Shown: positions 24,089 through 36,559 of the stretch, piece by piece
Position numbering within the stretch: position 1 is the stretch's first letter
How the letters are laid out: each line of letters opens with the position of its first letter
Source: Octopus vulgaris
Lineage: Eukaryota
Direction of reading: 5' to 3'
Length of the DNA: 64,000 bases
Assembly (NCBI GenBank): GCA_951406725.2
Contig: OX597815.1
Location: forward strand, 1,984,001-2,048,000
Notes under the pieces: generated by a model
The model's database searches: none
The model's input: the letters and a program-made list of their open reading frames with translations, nothing else
Told to the model about the DNA's origin: nothing
Program-made: the position numbers and the translations under genes

Positions 24089-25400
24089 CCACACTTTATA
24101 CAGATGTAAAGTGTACAATCTTAACATGTTTCGTTCAACTAAAAATTTCTCAAGGCAGTGCCCCAGTATGACCGTAGTCTAATGAGTGTAACTAGTAAAA
24201 AATAAAATTAAAATATTTATTTCCTCTAACTAAAATATCCGTAGATATCTCTACTATTAATAAGCCATAATAAATATCACTGTTTTCACTTAAAACAATG
24301 TGGTTTGTGCACTCAACGAACGGCTCATGTTTTCTGAAAGTTAAGACTATTTTCTATGTGGCCATGAATCTTTGGACAGAATCTTGAACAAGTCGTGGGA
24401 GTAACAAACATTATCTTCTCCATCAATGTTTTTCAGTTTGATAAATTTGTTGCTGCTCACTGAATATTTTTATGTTATTCCAACCAATAATTACTCCCAT
24501 TGTGAATTGGTTTATTTCAGCACTTGGTTGAATACTTCATAATTCGTGCAGTGGCTCCGGTCGACGTATTAATCGCGAAGAAACCCGTTTAAGTAATCAG
24601 TCGTTCATTACTTTCACATCATTTAATCCACATAATCCCGACTCAAACTGGTTTCTACATATTAACATGCACATCCAGATTCATTGAGAGTGGGGGTGGG
24701 GGTGGCTAAGTCGTAGGCAGCAATGTTTTGCATTCGTACACCAGCGTAACTTAGTGGAAGCTATGATTGCAATTATCGGTTAGAATGATAAATTATGGTG
24801 AACGCCACCAACTCCTTGTTCTTACGCTACAGAGTTTTGATTCGTCAAGAAGGATTTTAAAAAAAATAATTCTAACTCGATCCACTTTCATTTTTAACAG
24901 TAATTAAGTAACGTGGGAATTTAAATTTAAAGATAACATCGTTCATACCAAGATTTGATTTGAAGTTATTTGAGCGTAATCGTCCCGGTACAGCCCCCCT
25001 TTTGCCTTATTCCTCTGTTTTTACGGGTGGGCGATACTCTGCAGTTTCGTGAATCTGTGGAATGGACGGAAAAGACAGATTACAGAACTGTGATCGTTAT
25101 TCAATGTCACTACGTCCGGCTGGATGTATGTGCGATGGTTGTCGAACAGAAAGCATTACTCATTTTATATACAACAATTAATCGTGTGGTTGATTTGCCG
25201 TAAAAGCCAGAATGGGAGAAGCCAGAAATGGAGAACGTCATACGAGTAGCAGGCAGATTTTTTACTCTATGTTTATTTCTTTTGAATAAATACGCGTGCG
25301 CGTGCTTGGTGTAAACATCTATTCAGTTTCATGTATGTACCTATCTATACATGCGCATGTATGTACGTGCACACACACACACACATACACATGCGTCCAT

Positions 25401-25435
<35 letters not shown>

Positions 25436-25747
25436 TGCATCCATACACACATTCCAGCAGATACACACCCGCACGTATGCACACAAATAATCACTCAACA
25501 CGAAGGCACAGGTTAGTACATTAGTCAATGTTGGTTACATATTTCCAATATGCTTAGACAACACACACGCACACATTTGTGTGGGTGTGTATAAGTATTT
25601 CTTAAGAAGTGCATCTTAAAACAGGAATCCACAGAAATGCTCCATAAATTTGAGCGATAACAGTTAACATACATAAATTAAGTGAACAAAAACTAAATAA
25701 AAATACACCCACGCACACACACACTTACATGTATAATAAAATACAGA

Positions 25748-25847
25748 ATATATTTAACTGGAACACAACTCAGTTTCTGGAAAGTGGTTGCTTTCATACG
25801 AACACAACCAGAAATATTGTCAGCGAGAAATAAGAGAAATTCGAATT
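25748..25847 (+). repeat. Left copy of a 100-bp identical direct repeat (partner 26761-26860)
   Basis: atatatttaactggaacacaac..gagaaattcgaatt is identical at offset 1013. Confidence 0.95.
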
Positions 25848-25854
25848 TGGCCTT

Positions 25855-26730
25855 GTGGCACACCGTCGGTTACGACGACGAGGGTTCCCATCATCATCAT
25901 CATTGTTCGACCGTGGTCGAGACAATGGAATTTACCATGCTACGCCAGACTTCATGGTCCATCATGGCATTACGGAGGTCTTGTTGCTGGATGCCTGTAT
26001 CCCTGGAGATTACATCAGGGTAGGAGAGTGTGCGCCCTCTGGTATTGCGAGTAGATGGCTTCCAGAGGAGAAGAGTAGAAATTACCTCTTTTTCAGCTCT
26101 ACAACAATGTCCAGCAAACTGGACTCTCTTACCTTTCACAAGAGATGACACAGGTGGTAGTTTCCCATATATTTGCATTTTGGTTGGATGGCGCTTCCAC
26201 GAGAGATTTTGAGCTCTCATAAGGAGGCGAGTGTAGGTTCCATCCAACCGCCTCTCAAACTTCTTTGATAACGTCCAGGTTTCTGAGCCATAGAGTAGAA
26301 TTGGTTCGACTGTGGCTTTGAAGATTTCAAGTTTGAAGTCTCTACTTAGATTTGATGACCAGATCTTATGCATGTCATGTCATGAGGGTTCCCTACGGAA
26401 CAGCCTGCTCATGAAATTAACGCGCAAGTGGCTGAGCACTCCACAGACACGTGTACCCTTAACGTAGTTATCGGGGAGAATTCAGCGTGACACAGAGTGT
26501 GACAAGGCTGGCCCTTTGAAATACAGGTACAACAGAAGCAGGAAGAAAGTGTGAGAGAAAGTTGTGGTGAAAGAGTACAGCAGGGTTCGCCACCACCTCA
26601 CCTGCCGGAGCTTCGTGAAGATTTAGGTGTTTTCGCTCAATAAACACTCACAACGCCCGATCTGGGAATCAAAACCGTTATCCTACGACCGCAAGTCCGC
26701 TGCCCTAACCACTGGGCCATTGTACCTCCA
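25855..26730 (-). mobile_element. SINE family C, interrupted by an RTE fragment
   Basis: tRNA-like head at 26730. The tail ..cgtcgtaaccgacgg lies at 25863-25889. Confidence 0.88.
25890..26383 (-). mobile_element. RTE-clade LINE, 5'-truncated, (GAT)n tail, 10-bp TSD
   Basis: ORF 25900-26373 PILLYGSETWTLSKK..RVQFAGHC. TSD gagggttccc at 25880-25889 and 26384-26393. Confidence 0.92.
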
Positions 26731-26760
26731 CACACACCCACATATATAGTAAAATACGGT

Positions 26761-26860
26761 ATATATTTAACTGGAACACAACTCAGTTTCTGGAAAGTGG
26801 TTGCTTTCATACGAACACAACCAGAAATATTGTCAGCGAGAAATAAGAGAAATTCGAATT
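26761..26860 (+). repeat. Right copy of the 100-bp direct repeat
   Basis: Identical to 25748-25847. Confidence 0.95.
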
Positions 26861-27145
26861 GGCCTTTTTAGACTTGTAACAACAAAGCCATCAGTTGTGG
26901 TCATGAATCTACGAACGCAAACAGTTTTGCAGAACACGTTTGTGTTCCAGGAAAATATTTATAGTTTCTCTTCGTTTCCATCTACCAAATTCGCTCCAAA
27001 GGTTTTGATTTGACTGAGGTTATAGTAAAAGACACTTGCCCAAGGTATCAGGCAGTGGGACTGAACCCTGGTCCATGTGGTTGGGAGGTAAACTTCTTAC
27101 CACACAGTCACGCCTGAATTGCTGGAATAGTAAGAATCGCTTCTC

Positions 27146-27316
<171 letters not shown>

Positions 27317-27578
27317 GTGAAGTTCGGTATGTGCACATGTCCAGTGAGCTCCCGCACAGTTCCCATCGACCAGATTCACCTCGAAAGGCGTCGGAAAACC
27401 CTTGGCCTCAGTTGTGGGGGCCACCTGGACTTCAACAGAGACGCACGTGTCATACATACTTATTTGCATGAATGTCCGCCTCCTCATTAACTGCGTAATT
27501 TTCGATAAACATCTCATTACGATACACGTAAGACAGACATTATTACTGCTTGAAACAGCGAACATTGTTTCGGTCGTT

Positions 27579-27617
<39 letters not shown>

Positions 27618-27850
27618 CTCTCTCTCTCTCTTTCTCCTCTCCTCTCTTTCCGTCCTGGTTACATATGTCATTCGTAGGTGTCGCTCTGTATGGATCGAAA
27701 CCGGAACCACGTCGGTGTGAAGTGAAAGCCTTGTGAAATATTTTCTCATCCTCTTCATAACACAGACGTATCTCTCCTCTCTTCAGTTATTTGTGAACAT
27801 AAAAACACGCACATAAAAGACAGAGAGGGAGAGAGAGAGGGGGGAGAGAT

Positions 27851-27896
<46 letters not shown>

Positions 27897-27907
27897 GCTC
27901 ACACACT

Positions 27908-27938
<31 letters not shown>

Positions 27939-28021
27939 ACACACACTTACTCTCATACACACATTCTCACACACTCTCACACACTCACACACACACATAC
28001 ACACACGCTCACTCACACACA

Positions 28022-28112
<91 letters not shown>

Positions 28113-28713
28113 TCTATAAATTTCCTACTTATGTTTTTACTTCCGTATTTCAATCTGACGACCAATCTCACTTCATCTGTGGCGCTCCATTTCAGTGACG
28201 ACCACCAAAATAAAAGCATAGTTGTTGTTGTTAAAGTCCAAGTCATCCCAGATCGAGCAGACTTAGAGCCACAGGCCCTACGTCCATGACCATTGGCTGT
28301 TGTTTCCCGAAACTGATGCTCTCCTGTTGGCTTTTGGGCGCCACGGCTGCTGCCACGGCTGCTGCCACGGCTGCTGCTGCTGTCCATTCGACATGGCGAT
28401 TGTTTTAGAGTGATAAATATGACTATCTTGTCAAATGGTTTGGGGTTCAATCGCAGAGCATGACACCTTGGGCAATGCTTCCTACAATAACTGCTGGTTG
28501 ACCAATATGAGTGAATTGGGCGGAAGGAAACTGTACGCAAACCCGTCATACACGCACACACGCACACATCACACACACATATATATTGAGAAGGTACCTC
28601 AAATGTTTATTCCTTAGGGTGAACGATGGAATTTCGTTTTGTTAGGGAGACACAAGATGTGCCGGTAGCTTTAATTGTTTCTGGCTTTATTGCATTTAAT
28701 CCGTTCCTATGAC

Positions 28714-29087
28714 AACGTGGCTGTGTGGTAACAAGCTTGCTTCCTGACATGGTTCAGGGTTCATTCCCACTGCGTGGTACCTTGGGCGCGTACTTTCTCG
28801 GCCCGAACAAAGCGTTGTGAGTGGATTTGGTAGGCGGAAACTGAAAGAAGCCCATCGTATATGTATATACATGTGTGCGTGTATTTGTGTTTGTCCCCCC
28901 CAAATCACCTGTCAACCGATGTTGGTGTGTTTACGTCTCTGTGTTTTAGCAGTTCGGCAAAAGAGTCCGATAGACTAAGTACTAGGCTTACAAAGTATAA
29001 GTCCTGGGGTCGATTTCTTCGACTAAAATGCCCTTTAAGGTGGTGCTCCAGCATGGCCGATGTCAAATGACTGAAACAAGTAAAAGA

Positions 29088-29090
<3 letters not shown>
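28714..29090 (+). mobile_element. SINE family A
   Basis: Head, core and tail match with small deletions. Confidence 0.85.
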
Positions 29091-29164
<74 letters not shown>

Positions 29165-29186
29165 GACCAAACTATCGGTTGCTATT

Positions 29187-29519
29187 GGAATGGAAGCACT
29201 CCGTCGGTTACGACGACGAGGGTTCCGGTTGATCCGAATCAACGGAACAGCCTGCTCGTGAAATTAACGTGTAAGTGGCTGAGCACTCCACAGACACGTG
29301 TACCCATAACGTAGTTCTCTGGGATATTCAGCGTGACACAGAGAGTGACAAGGCCGGCCCTTTGAAATACAGGTACAACAGAAACAGGAAGTAAGAGTGA
29401 GAGAAAGTTGTGGTGAAAGAGTACAGCAGGGATCACCACCATCCCCTGCCGGAGCCTCGTGGAGCTTTAGGTGTTTTCGCTCAATAAACACTCACAACGC
29501 CTGGTCTGGGAATCGAAAC
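29187..29519 (-). mobile_element. SINE family C, 5'-truncated, 11-bp TSD
   Basis: TSD cggttgctatt at 29176-29186 and 29520-29530. Near-identical to the matching part of 62751-63136. Confidence 0.92.
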
Positions 29520-29934
29520 CGGTTGCTATTATAAACGCTAGTAACAACGATGCGCTTTCTCGCATTGGTGTAGCTTTCGGATGAAGCCACGCTGCTGACT
29601 AGGTGGACCAGGCCAACACTCCCGTTACAGGGCTACCCATTTGCAGCCGAGTGGACTGCACACGCGCGCGCGCGCGCACACAAATATACACATACACACA
29701 TACACATACATACACACACGTACACACACATTCATGGACCATTGAGTTGGAGTAAACAAAATTGAAACCACTTCAAATGTTTGAAAGGCATTTGAACACG
29801 TAAAATGGTTTTCACCGCAGCTTGCCATGGAAGGAAAGAAATACTGTTTTGACATTCATTAGTCTTTTAGGATAATTCTTTCTTCATGACAAAAGCCTTT
29901 TACAGGTTCAAATATTTCTCAACATATTTAAGAT

Positions 29935-30074
29935 TGGGATTTTGCTTCCCAACCACATGATTCCGCGTTCAATCCCACTGTGTGGCAGGTTGAGTAAGTG
30001 CCTTCTACTATAGCCATGGGTCGACCAAAGACTTTTGAGAGGATTTGGTAGACGGAAACTGAAAGAAGCACGCC

Positions 30075-30148
<74 letters not shown>

Positions 30149-30428
30149 TCAAAATAAGCAACAAGGATATCCAAGGTAGAGTAGTATAATCGTTTCATGC
30201 TACTTCATTTTATTAAATACTGTCAGTATTACATCAGTTTTAAAATGTCGAGCAATCTTCAGCCACATATAGAATTTTTTAATTAAACGGACAATGCACA
30301 TTCTTATACTTATTTCATTTGGCAACATTACAAAGAGGGTAGATATATAGACAGAGAGGTTAATTTTATCATTAAGAACATGGCAGCATGACCTTCTCCA
30401 TCTGTAGATTTTTTATCACTGAACTTAA

Positions 30429-30459
<31 letters not shown>

Positions 30460-30845
30460 CCGGAGTAAACACATAAAGGGCCAATCAAACAAGTCCATTT
30501 TTTAAAGGTGTAGCGTTTGTAATAGTCTGGATAGAATTGACATATCGGTTCCATTCTAGCAAAAACTGTCCGACGAACGGCAACGGGAAACTCAGAGTAA
30601 CAGGTTTTGTTGAATTTTCTGCTGCTTTAAATAAAGTATATATATATATATATTAAATATAAATTAGAGATAAAACCACTATTATGCAACTCAAACAGTG
30701 ATAAACATAAACCAAAACATAAATAACAAATAGACCTATAGAAAGAGACCTATAGAATAAGTACCAGGATTGCAAAGAATAAGTCCCGGGGTCGATGGCC
30801 ACAGACAAATTACTGAAACAAGTAAAAGGATACGAGAATAAAAGA
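29935..30845 (+). mobile_element. SINE family A split by (TA)n tracts and inserted fragments
   Basis: Head and core at 29935-30078, tail at 30745-30845. Confidence 0.65.
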
Positions 30846-30930
30846 CTATATATACATAAATACACACACACACATACACACACGTACACACACACACACG
30901 TACACACACACACATATGCATACACGCATG

Positions 30931-30965
<35 letters not shown>

Positions 30966-31329
30966 AATATCGCAGCGCAGTTGTACTTTGCCAAGTGACT
31001 TGTTCTGAGGCCTTGCATTGAAGTTGAAGCATCCATTTGGTGAAACAAAACGAAAATAAAAACCCAGTAATTTAAGAAGACGACACAAAAACTGTTATAT
31101 TCAATTTCATTTGTTTGGTTTGGTGTCAAAAAGTTGTTCGCACTTCTCTGGCCTATTTACTGACACAATTCCTCTGCAAATGCTCGAAATTGCTGGCTCG
31201 TCTTTCCAAGCACCGAATTCTCAGGCCTTTGTTTAAAACCATTGCCTTTGTCACTCGACGTGCGTTGCCTCGGTCAGTTCTCTTGTTTTATTCTTCTGTT
31301 AGTCTCAAGATATTTTACATTTAATCACG

Positions 31330-31922
31330 ATATCTTTTTTAAATTTTTAATCTGAGGAATTTCAACCGTGTTTCGTGGTCTGCTACCTCAACAGCTCCTT
31401 TATAGGATCCAGTTAGCTCAAGACATCATCAGGAGGAACCACGTCCGGTTTCGACCCCTACTCCTCAGCCGTTTTGACGTGGTGGGGCCCCCCCTTTCAG
31501 AGGTGTCTTCAGCTCTGGTGTTGGGTGCATGTCTTCTTTCTTCTGTTCCCTAGCCTCCTCGATGTAGTGTCAACGAGTGTCAGCGGGTGACTGACTGTCT
31601 TGTCAATTTTTTTTCCCTTTAAATACCTGCTGCTAGGCTCCAGCAGGCAGCCCCAGCAAGTTCTCATGTGACACTATCTCAACTTTAACTGACCAATGAA
31701 GGCGCGTAGTCTCAGCACACGCATTCTCTAAACGATACCATCGTCTGTCAGTCAGCGAAGCTAATTCAGCGTCAGCTTGTCTCACCTAGTGATGTTATTT
31801 CCTGCCGGCATGTTACGACTTTCAAGCCATTTTTGGTCTTCCCGCTTCAGCCATATATAGAAGCTGGCTTTTTCGACCGCCTCCTGTACTCTCCTTATTA
31901 GTTTTCTCAGCTCCGAGTTCAT
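31330..31922 (-). mobile_element. HERO-like (R2 superfamily) non-LTR 3' end: ORF C-terminus plus 3' UTR
   Basis: 31782-31922 encodes ELRKLIRRVQEAVEKASFYIWLKRED..W, resembling the HERO terminal AEKASxWLWLKR motif. Confidence 0.6.
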
Positions 31923-31959
31923 ATGTCCAGAATCAATAACACCCTCACACACATGCTTG

Positions 31960-32073
<114 letters not shown>

Positions 32074-32214
32074 GAGACACACACCACACACACTTGAACA
32101 GGTGACGTGCCTTGGCAGAAGTTATTGTAAAGGAGATACTGTTAGACATTACGTTTTATACACACAAACAAACACATATATATGTATATATAATATATAC
32201 ATGTATACATATAT

Positions 32215-32449
32215 TATTTCTTTACTTCCCACAAGGGGCTAAACACAGAGGGGACAAACAAGGACAGACAAACGGATTAAGTCGATTACATCGACCCCAG
32301 TGGGTAACTGGTACTTATTTAATCGACCCCGAAAGGATGAAAGGCAAAGTCGACCTCGGCGGAATTTGAACTCAGGACGTAACAGCAGACGAAATACGGC
32401 TACGCATTTCGCCCGGCGTGCTAACGTTTCTGCCAGCTCGCCGCCTTTG
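32215..32449 (-). mobile_element. tRNA-derived SINE family B, full length, 13-bp TSD
   Basis: GGCGGCGAGCTGGCAGAAACGTTAG head, GAGTTCAAATTCC B box, GCCTTTCATCCTTTCGGGGTCGAT core (resembles the Meta central domain, from recall). TSD tgtatacatatat. Confidence 0.92.
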
Positions 32450-33425
32450 TGTATACATATATGCATACACAAATAGATATGTGTGAGATGATATGTGCAC
32501 TTCTTATATGTGCCACGCATTGTTTTACGCGGTTCAGACAGGCATCAGATCTTTGTATGTAAACTGATTCAGTTACTTGCTGTAACTCTTTCTCTGATAA
32601 AAAAAGTGTATGTGCAATCATATCTACACTGAGTCTATATTTTGAGCATGTTGGTAAAATACGGATGGAGAGGTTCTTTTCAGTAGAGGTGTTAACATCT
32701 CCACTAAATCTTTTATCAATTTTCCGTGGTGTTTCTCTTATATTTCAGGGAGATTTCTTTACATAATCCTTCTTGGCACCTTATAGATTTTCTTTCTAAT
32801 GATAGATGGTGCCACCAATGCCAGAGGTTCAAGACTATACTCCACGAAATAATTCGTAAATTGTGACACTGTTAGACATTAATATCTACAGAGCTGTCAA
32901 TGCTTACAGCAACGGTGAATTATATGAGCTGATGGTATCTACTTATAGGGGGGTGGTGAGCTTAGGGTTAACGAATGTTGATAGCTTGGTCATGACAGAT
33001 TATTATTCGTTACTGGCAAAAGAATTCGAACCATCGACCATTCAATTTGTTGTTCCTGTTCTCCTACAGCGGGACCTAAGACAAGAAAGAAATCATTTTC
33101 TTTCAGATTTCCAGTTACTCTACTCGTATTTCATTCCAACTTTACTGACGCATTCGCTTGTAGAATCAATTCTTTATGTGCTAACCTTGACAAACTTCAC
33201 TTCTCGAAGAACGAAAATAGAAAACGTTGAACTAAATTCTTCGAAACTATTCGAATTTTTCACAATTCTGTCCAAATACATAAAACGTTCCCAGAATTTA
33301 GAAATTGAAATTGTTAAAACAGTAAATGGCGGTTTTTGTTTCGTGGAATAAATTCAAATTAAACGCAAAATACATGGGATGGAGAAACTTCAGCGACTTG
33401 GTGTCGAAACTGGCGTGTCAAACAA

Positions 33426-33461
<36 letters not shown>

Positions 33462-33587
33462 CAACAACAACAACAACTTTACATCCTTGACAGTGACATG
33501 TATTTTGTCGAGTGGCTTCAACATGCATATGTATGTATATATATATTTGTATGTATGTAAGGATGTATGTATTCAAGTATGTATGAT

Positions 33588-33632
<45 letters not shown>

Positions 33633-33654
33633 CATGTATATATATATATATATA

Positions 33655-33692
<38 letters not shown>

Positions 33693-34206
33693 TATACCTA
33701 CATATGTACACACACAAACGCGCACACGCACAATGCAAGTGTAGAAACAAGGAGAACTCTGTAAAGAATTGTTTATTAATGGCATGTCTCTAAGTAAATA
33801 CGTTTATAAATAACAGCTTAGGATAAAAGTCCGTTGGATAGAAAAAAAACCAGACAGAGAGCTGGGCACAGGACCCGAATCAGACATCTGTAATACAAGG
33901 AGAGGCAAACAAACGATTACACCAAAGCGACCCCTCCAGCTTTCATCCATCAAATTAAACGTTTTATCCTTAACGGCAAGAAAGTAGGTTTACATTTAGA
34001 ATGCTTTAATAAGTATAATTAGTTGCACGCTCGTCTGGCTCAGCGTATGTGCAGTTTTCCACCATTTTACCACTCAATGTCTTTTTTTACTCATGTATTA
34101 TACGGTATTATTTATACCTGAATTCACTTCGAGGCAAACTGTTATTAAAGAGCCCCGCCTCCATATATAAAGATATCTTACATAATAGTATATATATGTA
34201 TATATA

Positions 34207-34572
34207 GCCGCAGTGTGGCTGTGTGGTAAGAAGCTTGCTTCTCAACCATATGGTTCCGGGCTCAGTCCCACTGCGTGGCACCTTGGGTAAGTCTCTTCTA
34301 CTGTAGTCCCGGGTCGACCAAAGCCTTGTGAGTGGATTTGGTAGACGGAAACTGTATGTATGTATTGTATTTCTGTGTGTGTCCCCCCACCATCGCTCGA
34401 CAACCGATGTTGGTGTGTTTACGTCCCCGTATCTTAGCGGTTGGGTAAAAGTGACCGATACAATAAGTTCCAGGCTTACAAAGACTAAGTCCTGGGGTCG
34501 GTTTCTTTGAATAAATGTGGTGCTCCAGCATGGCCACAGTCAAATGACTGAAACAAGTACAAGAATAAAAGA
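34207..34572 (+). mobile_element. SINE family A
   Basis: Head, core and tail match. Confidence 0.85.
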
Positions 34573-34612
34573 ACGTGTGAAGGCGAGCGGATAAGTGGTT
34601 ACTGTATTGCAC

Positions 34613-34849
34613 AAAGGCGGAGGGGAGCTGGCAGAGTGGTTAGCGCGCCGGGCGAAATGCTTACCGGTATTTCGTCTGCTGTTACGTTCTGAGTTCAAAT
34701 TCCGTCGAGGTCGACTTTGCCTTTCATCTTTTCGGGGTCGATAAATTAAGTACCAGTTACGCACTGGGGTCGATGTAATCGACTTAATCCGCTTGTCTGT
34801 CCTTGTTTGTCCTCTCTATGTTTAGCCCCTTGTGGGTAGTAAAGAAATA
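34613..34849 (+). mobile_element. SINE family B, 16-bp TSD, nested in an older SINE (family F, about 34579-35050)
   Basis: TSD ggttactgtattgcac at 34597-34612 and 34850-34865. Confidence 0.92.
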
Positions 34850-35065
34850 GGTTACTGTATTGCACTCACGATTATTAGATCGAGAAATTGAATCAGGGAC
34901 CGGGTGGCGCCTTGTGTTCTTGAGCACATTCCAGTCCATTCAGCTGTAAATGGATAACCCTGTGACGGATCAGAAGGGAGGTGGGCGTCGTTCGAGAGCT
35001 AAGACAAAGCCAAGCGCATTGTAGCAACAGCCGAGAGCCTGGTCGATAGATACGCACATACGTAC

Positions 35066-35311
35066 ATCAATCTTGAGAAATTAGGCTTCTCAAAACCAGA
35101 AAGGAGAAAACTGATTCGGAAACTACAGGTTCAATCCATCAGTGGAACTGTAAAAATCTGTAACACTTTCCTAAAGTTTATCATTTAAATATATATGAGC
35201 ATGTCTAGATATGCAAATATATGCATGAGAATACATACATAAAGCAAAGCATACAAATCTGCACACATACATACATACATACATTCATACATACATATAT
35301 ACATACATACA

Positions 35312-35345
<34 letters not shown>

Positions 35346-35348
35346 CAT
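35066..35348 (+). mobile_element. R4/Dong-like element 3' end followed by (TACA)n
   Basis: aatcttgagaaattaggcttc..aaaccagaaaggagaaa..ggaactgtaaaaatct parallels 48188-48360. Confidence 0.8.
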
Positions 35349-36156
35349 TATGGCTGCCCCCTCGTTATCGAGTATGGCCATTGCACGAAGCTTAACTGTT
35401 ACTGGTGCTGTGATCGAATGTGACTTTTTAGTCCAGCTAAAGATCTACAATGTCTTGTACAGAATTGGCAACTAATACCTTTACCGGTAATAGCCGGCTG
35501 TAGTTGTAACTGGGCTTCATGTACCTTTGCATGTCGTTTAAGTCCTCCTGCCGAATTACACTCTCTTCCACATACCCGACAGATATGATTAGCTCGCTCT
35601 CTCCATCAAATCGACGTTGTCTGAACAGGTACTCGGGGTACTACGCGTCGGGTGTCAATGTGATTGCAGACCATCGCAAGATGAAGTGTTTTCCTCAAGA
35701 ACACAACACACCTCCCCGTCTAGGAATTGAAATTGCAATTGCTATATCGTCAGTGTAACACCTGAACTACCAAGCCTTGCGTCCCCCACTCCCACACGTG
35801 TGTTTGTAAAATATATGTTGGGAGGCCTTAGGTGATGAATAACGAGCATTTACTGCTGAAAGGACTCAATACTGGTCTGCGTTGTGGACTCTAAAATCTT
35901 TCATTCTATACATGTATATGTACAGAAGGCCTTTACTGAAATAAAATGCTCCACACTCATATTTAAATGACCGAGGAGCTGTTTTAGTATCCAATCAGAA
36001 GGCTGCAGATGTGTTCAGAATTCTCTACCCGGACGGAAAAAGTGTCGAGTGTCATTTAGCAAGTAAATGTTTCCTTTTACGAAGAACATGACCAATTTCC
36101 TCCTGATAATACAATCGCTCCACTGATATGTGAAGTCAGATTGAGAGCGAGCGAGC

Positions 36157-36221
<65 letters not shown>

Positions 36222-36313
36222 GGAAGGAGGAAGAGATAGAGATCAAAAGGCTTGTAATTCTTAGCATCTGCTCTGTTTCCTCTCTTTTAAAGATAAACCT
36301 TTCGACTTTTATA

Positions 36314-36543
36314 CATTTCTTTACTATCCACAAGGGGCTAAACACAGAAGGGACAAACAAGGACAGACAACGGATTAAGTCGATTATATCGACTCCAGTG
36401 CGTAACTGGTACTTAATTTATCGACGCCGAAAGGATGAAAGGCAAAGTCGACCTCGGCGGAATTCGAACTCAGAACGTAGCGGCAGACGAAATACTGCTG
36501 AGCTTTTCGCCCGGCCTGCTAACGGTTCTGCCAGCTCGCCGCA
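36314..36543 (-). mobile_element. SINE family B, 15-bp TSD
   Basis: TSD ctttcgacttttata at 36299-36313 and 36544-36558. Confidence 0.92.
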
Positions 36544-36559
36544 CTTTCGACTTTTATAG

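Noticed and set aside
28340-28382. 12-bp GCCACGGCTGCT x3 repeat within ORF 28013-28576
   Set aside because: Local slippage inside degenerate repeat sequence. The ORF begins and ends in microsatellites or SINE remnants.
32863-33351. 162-aa non-repetitive ORF
   Set aside because: GTG start, no recognisable motif or splice context. It may be part of a decayed transposon, but I cannot support a call.
33421-33477. CAG/CAA tract as a polyQ exon
   Set aside because: No supported exon boundaries, and it is flanked by microsatellites.
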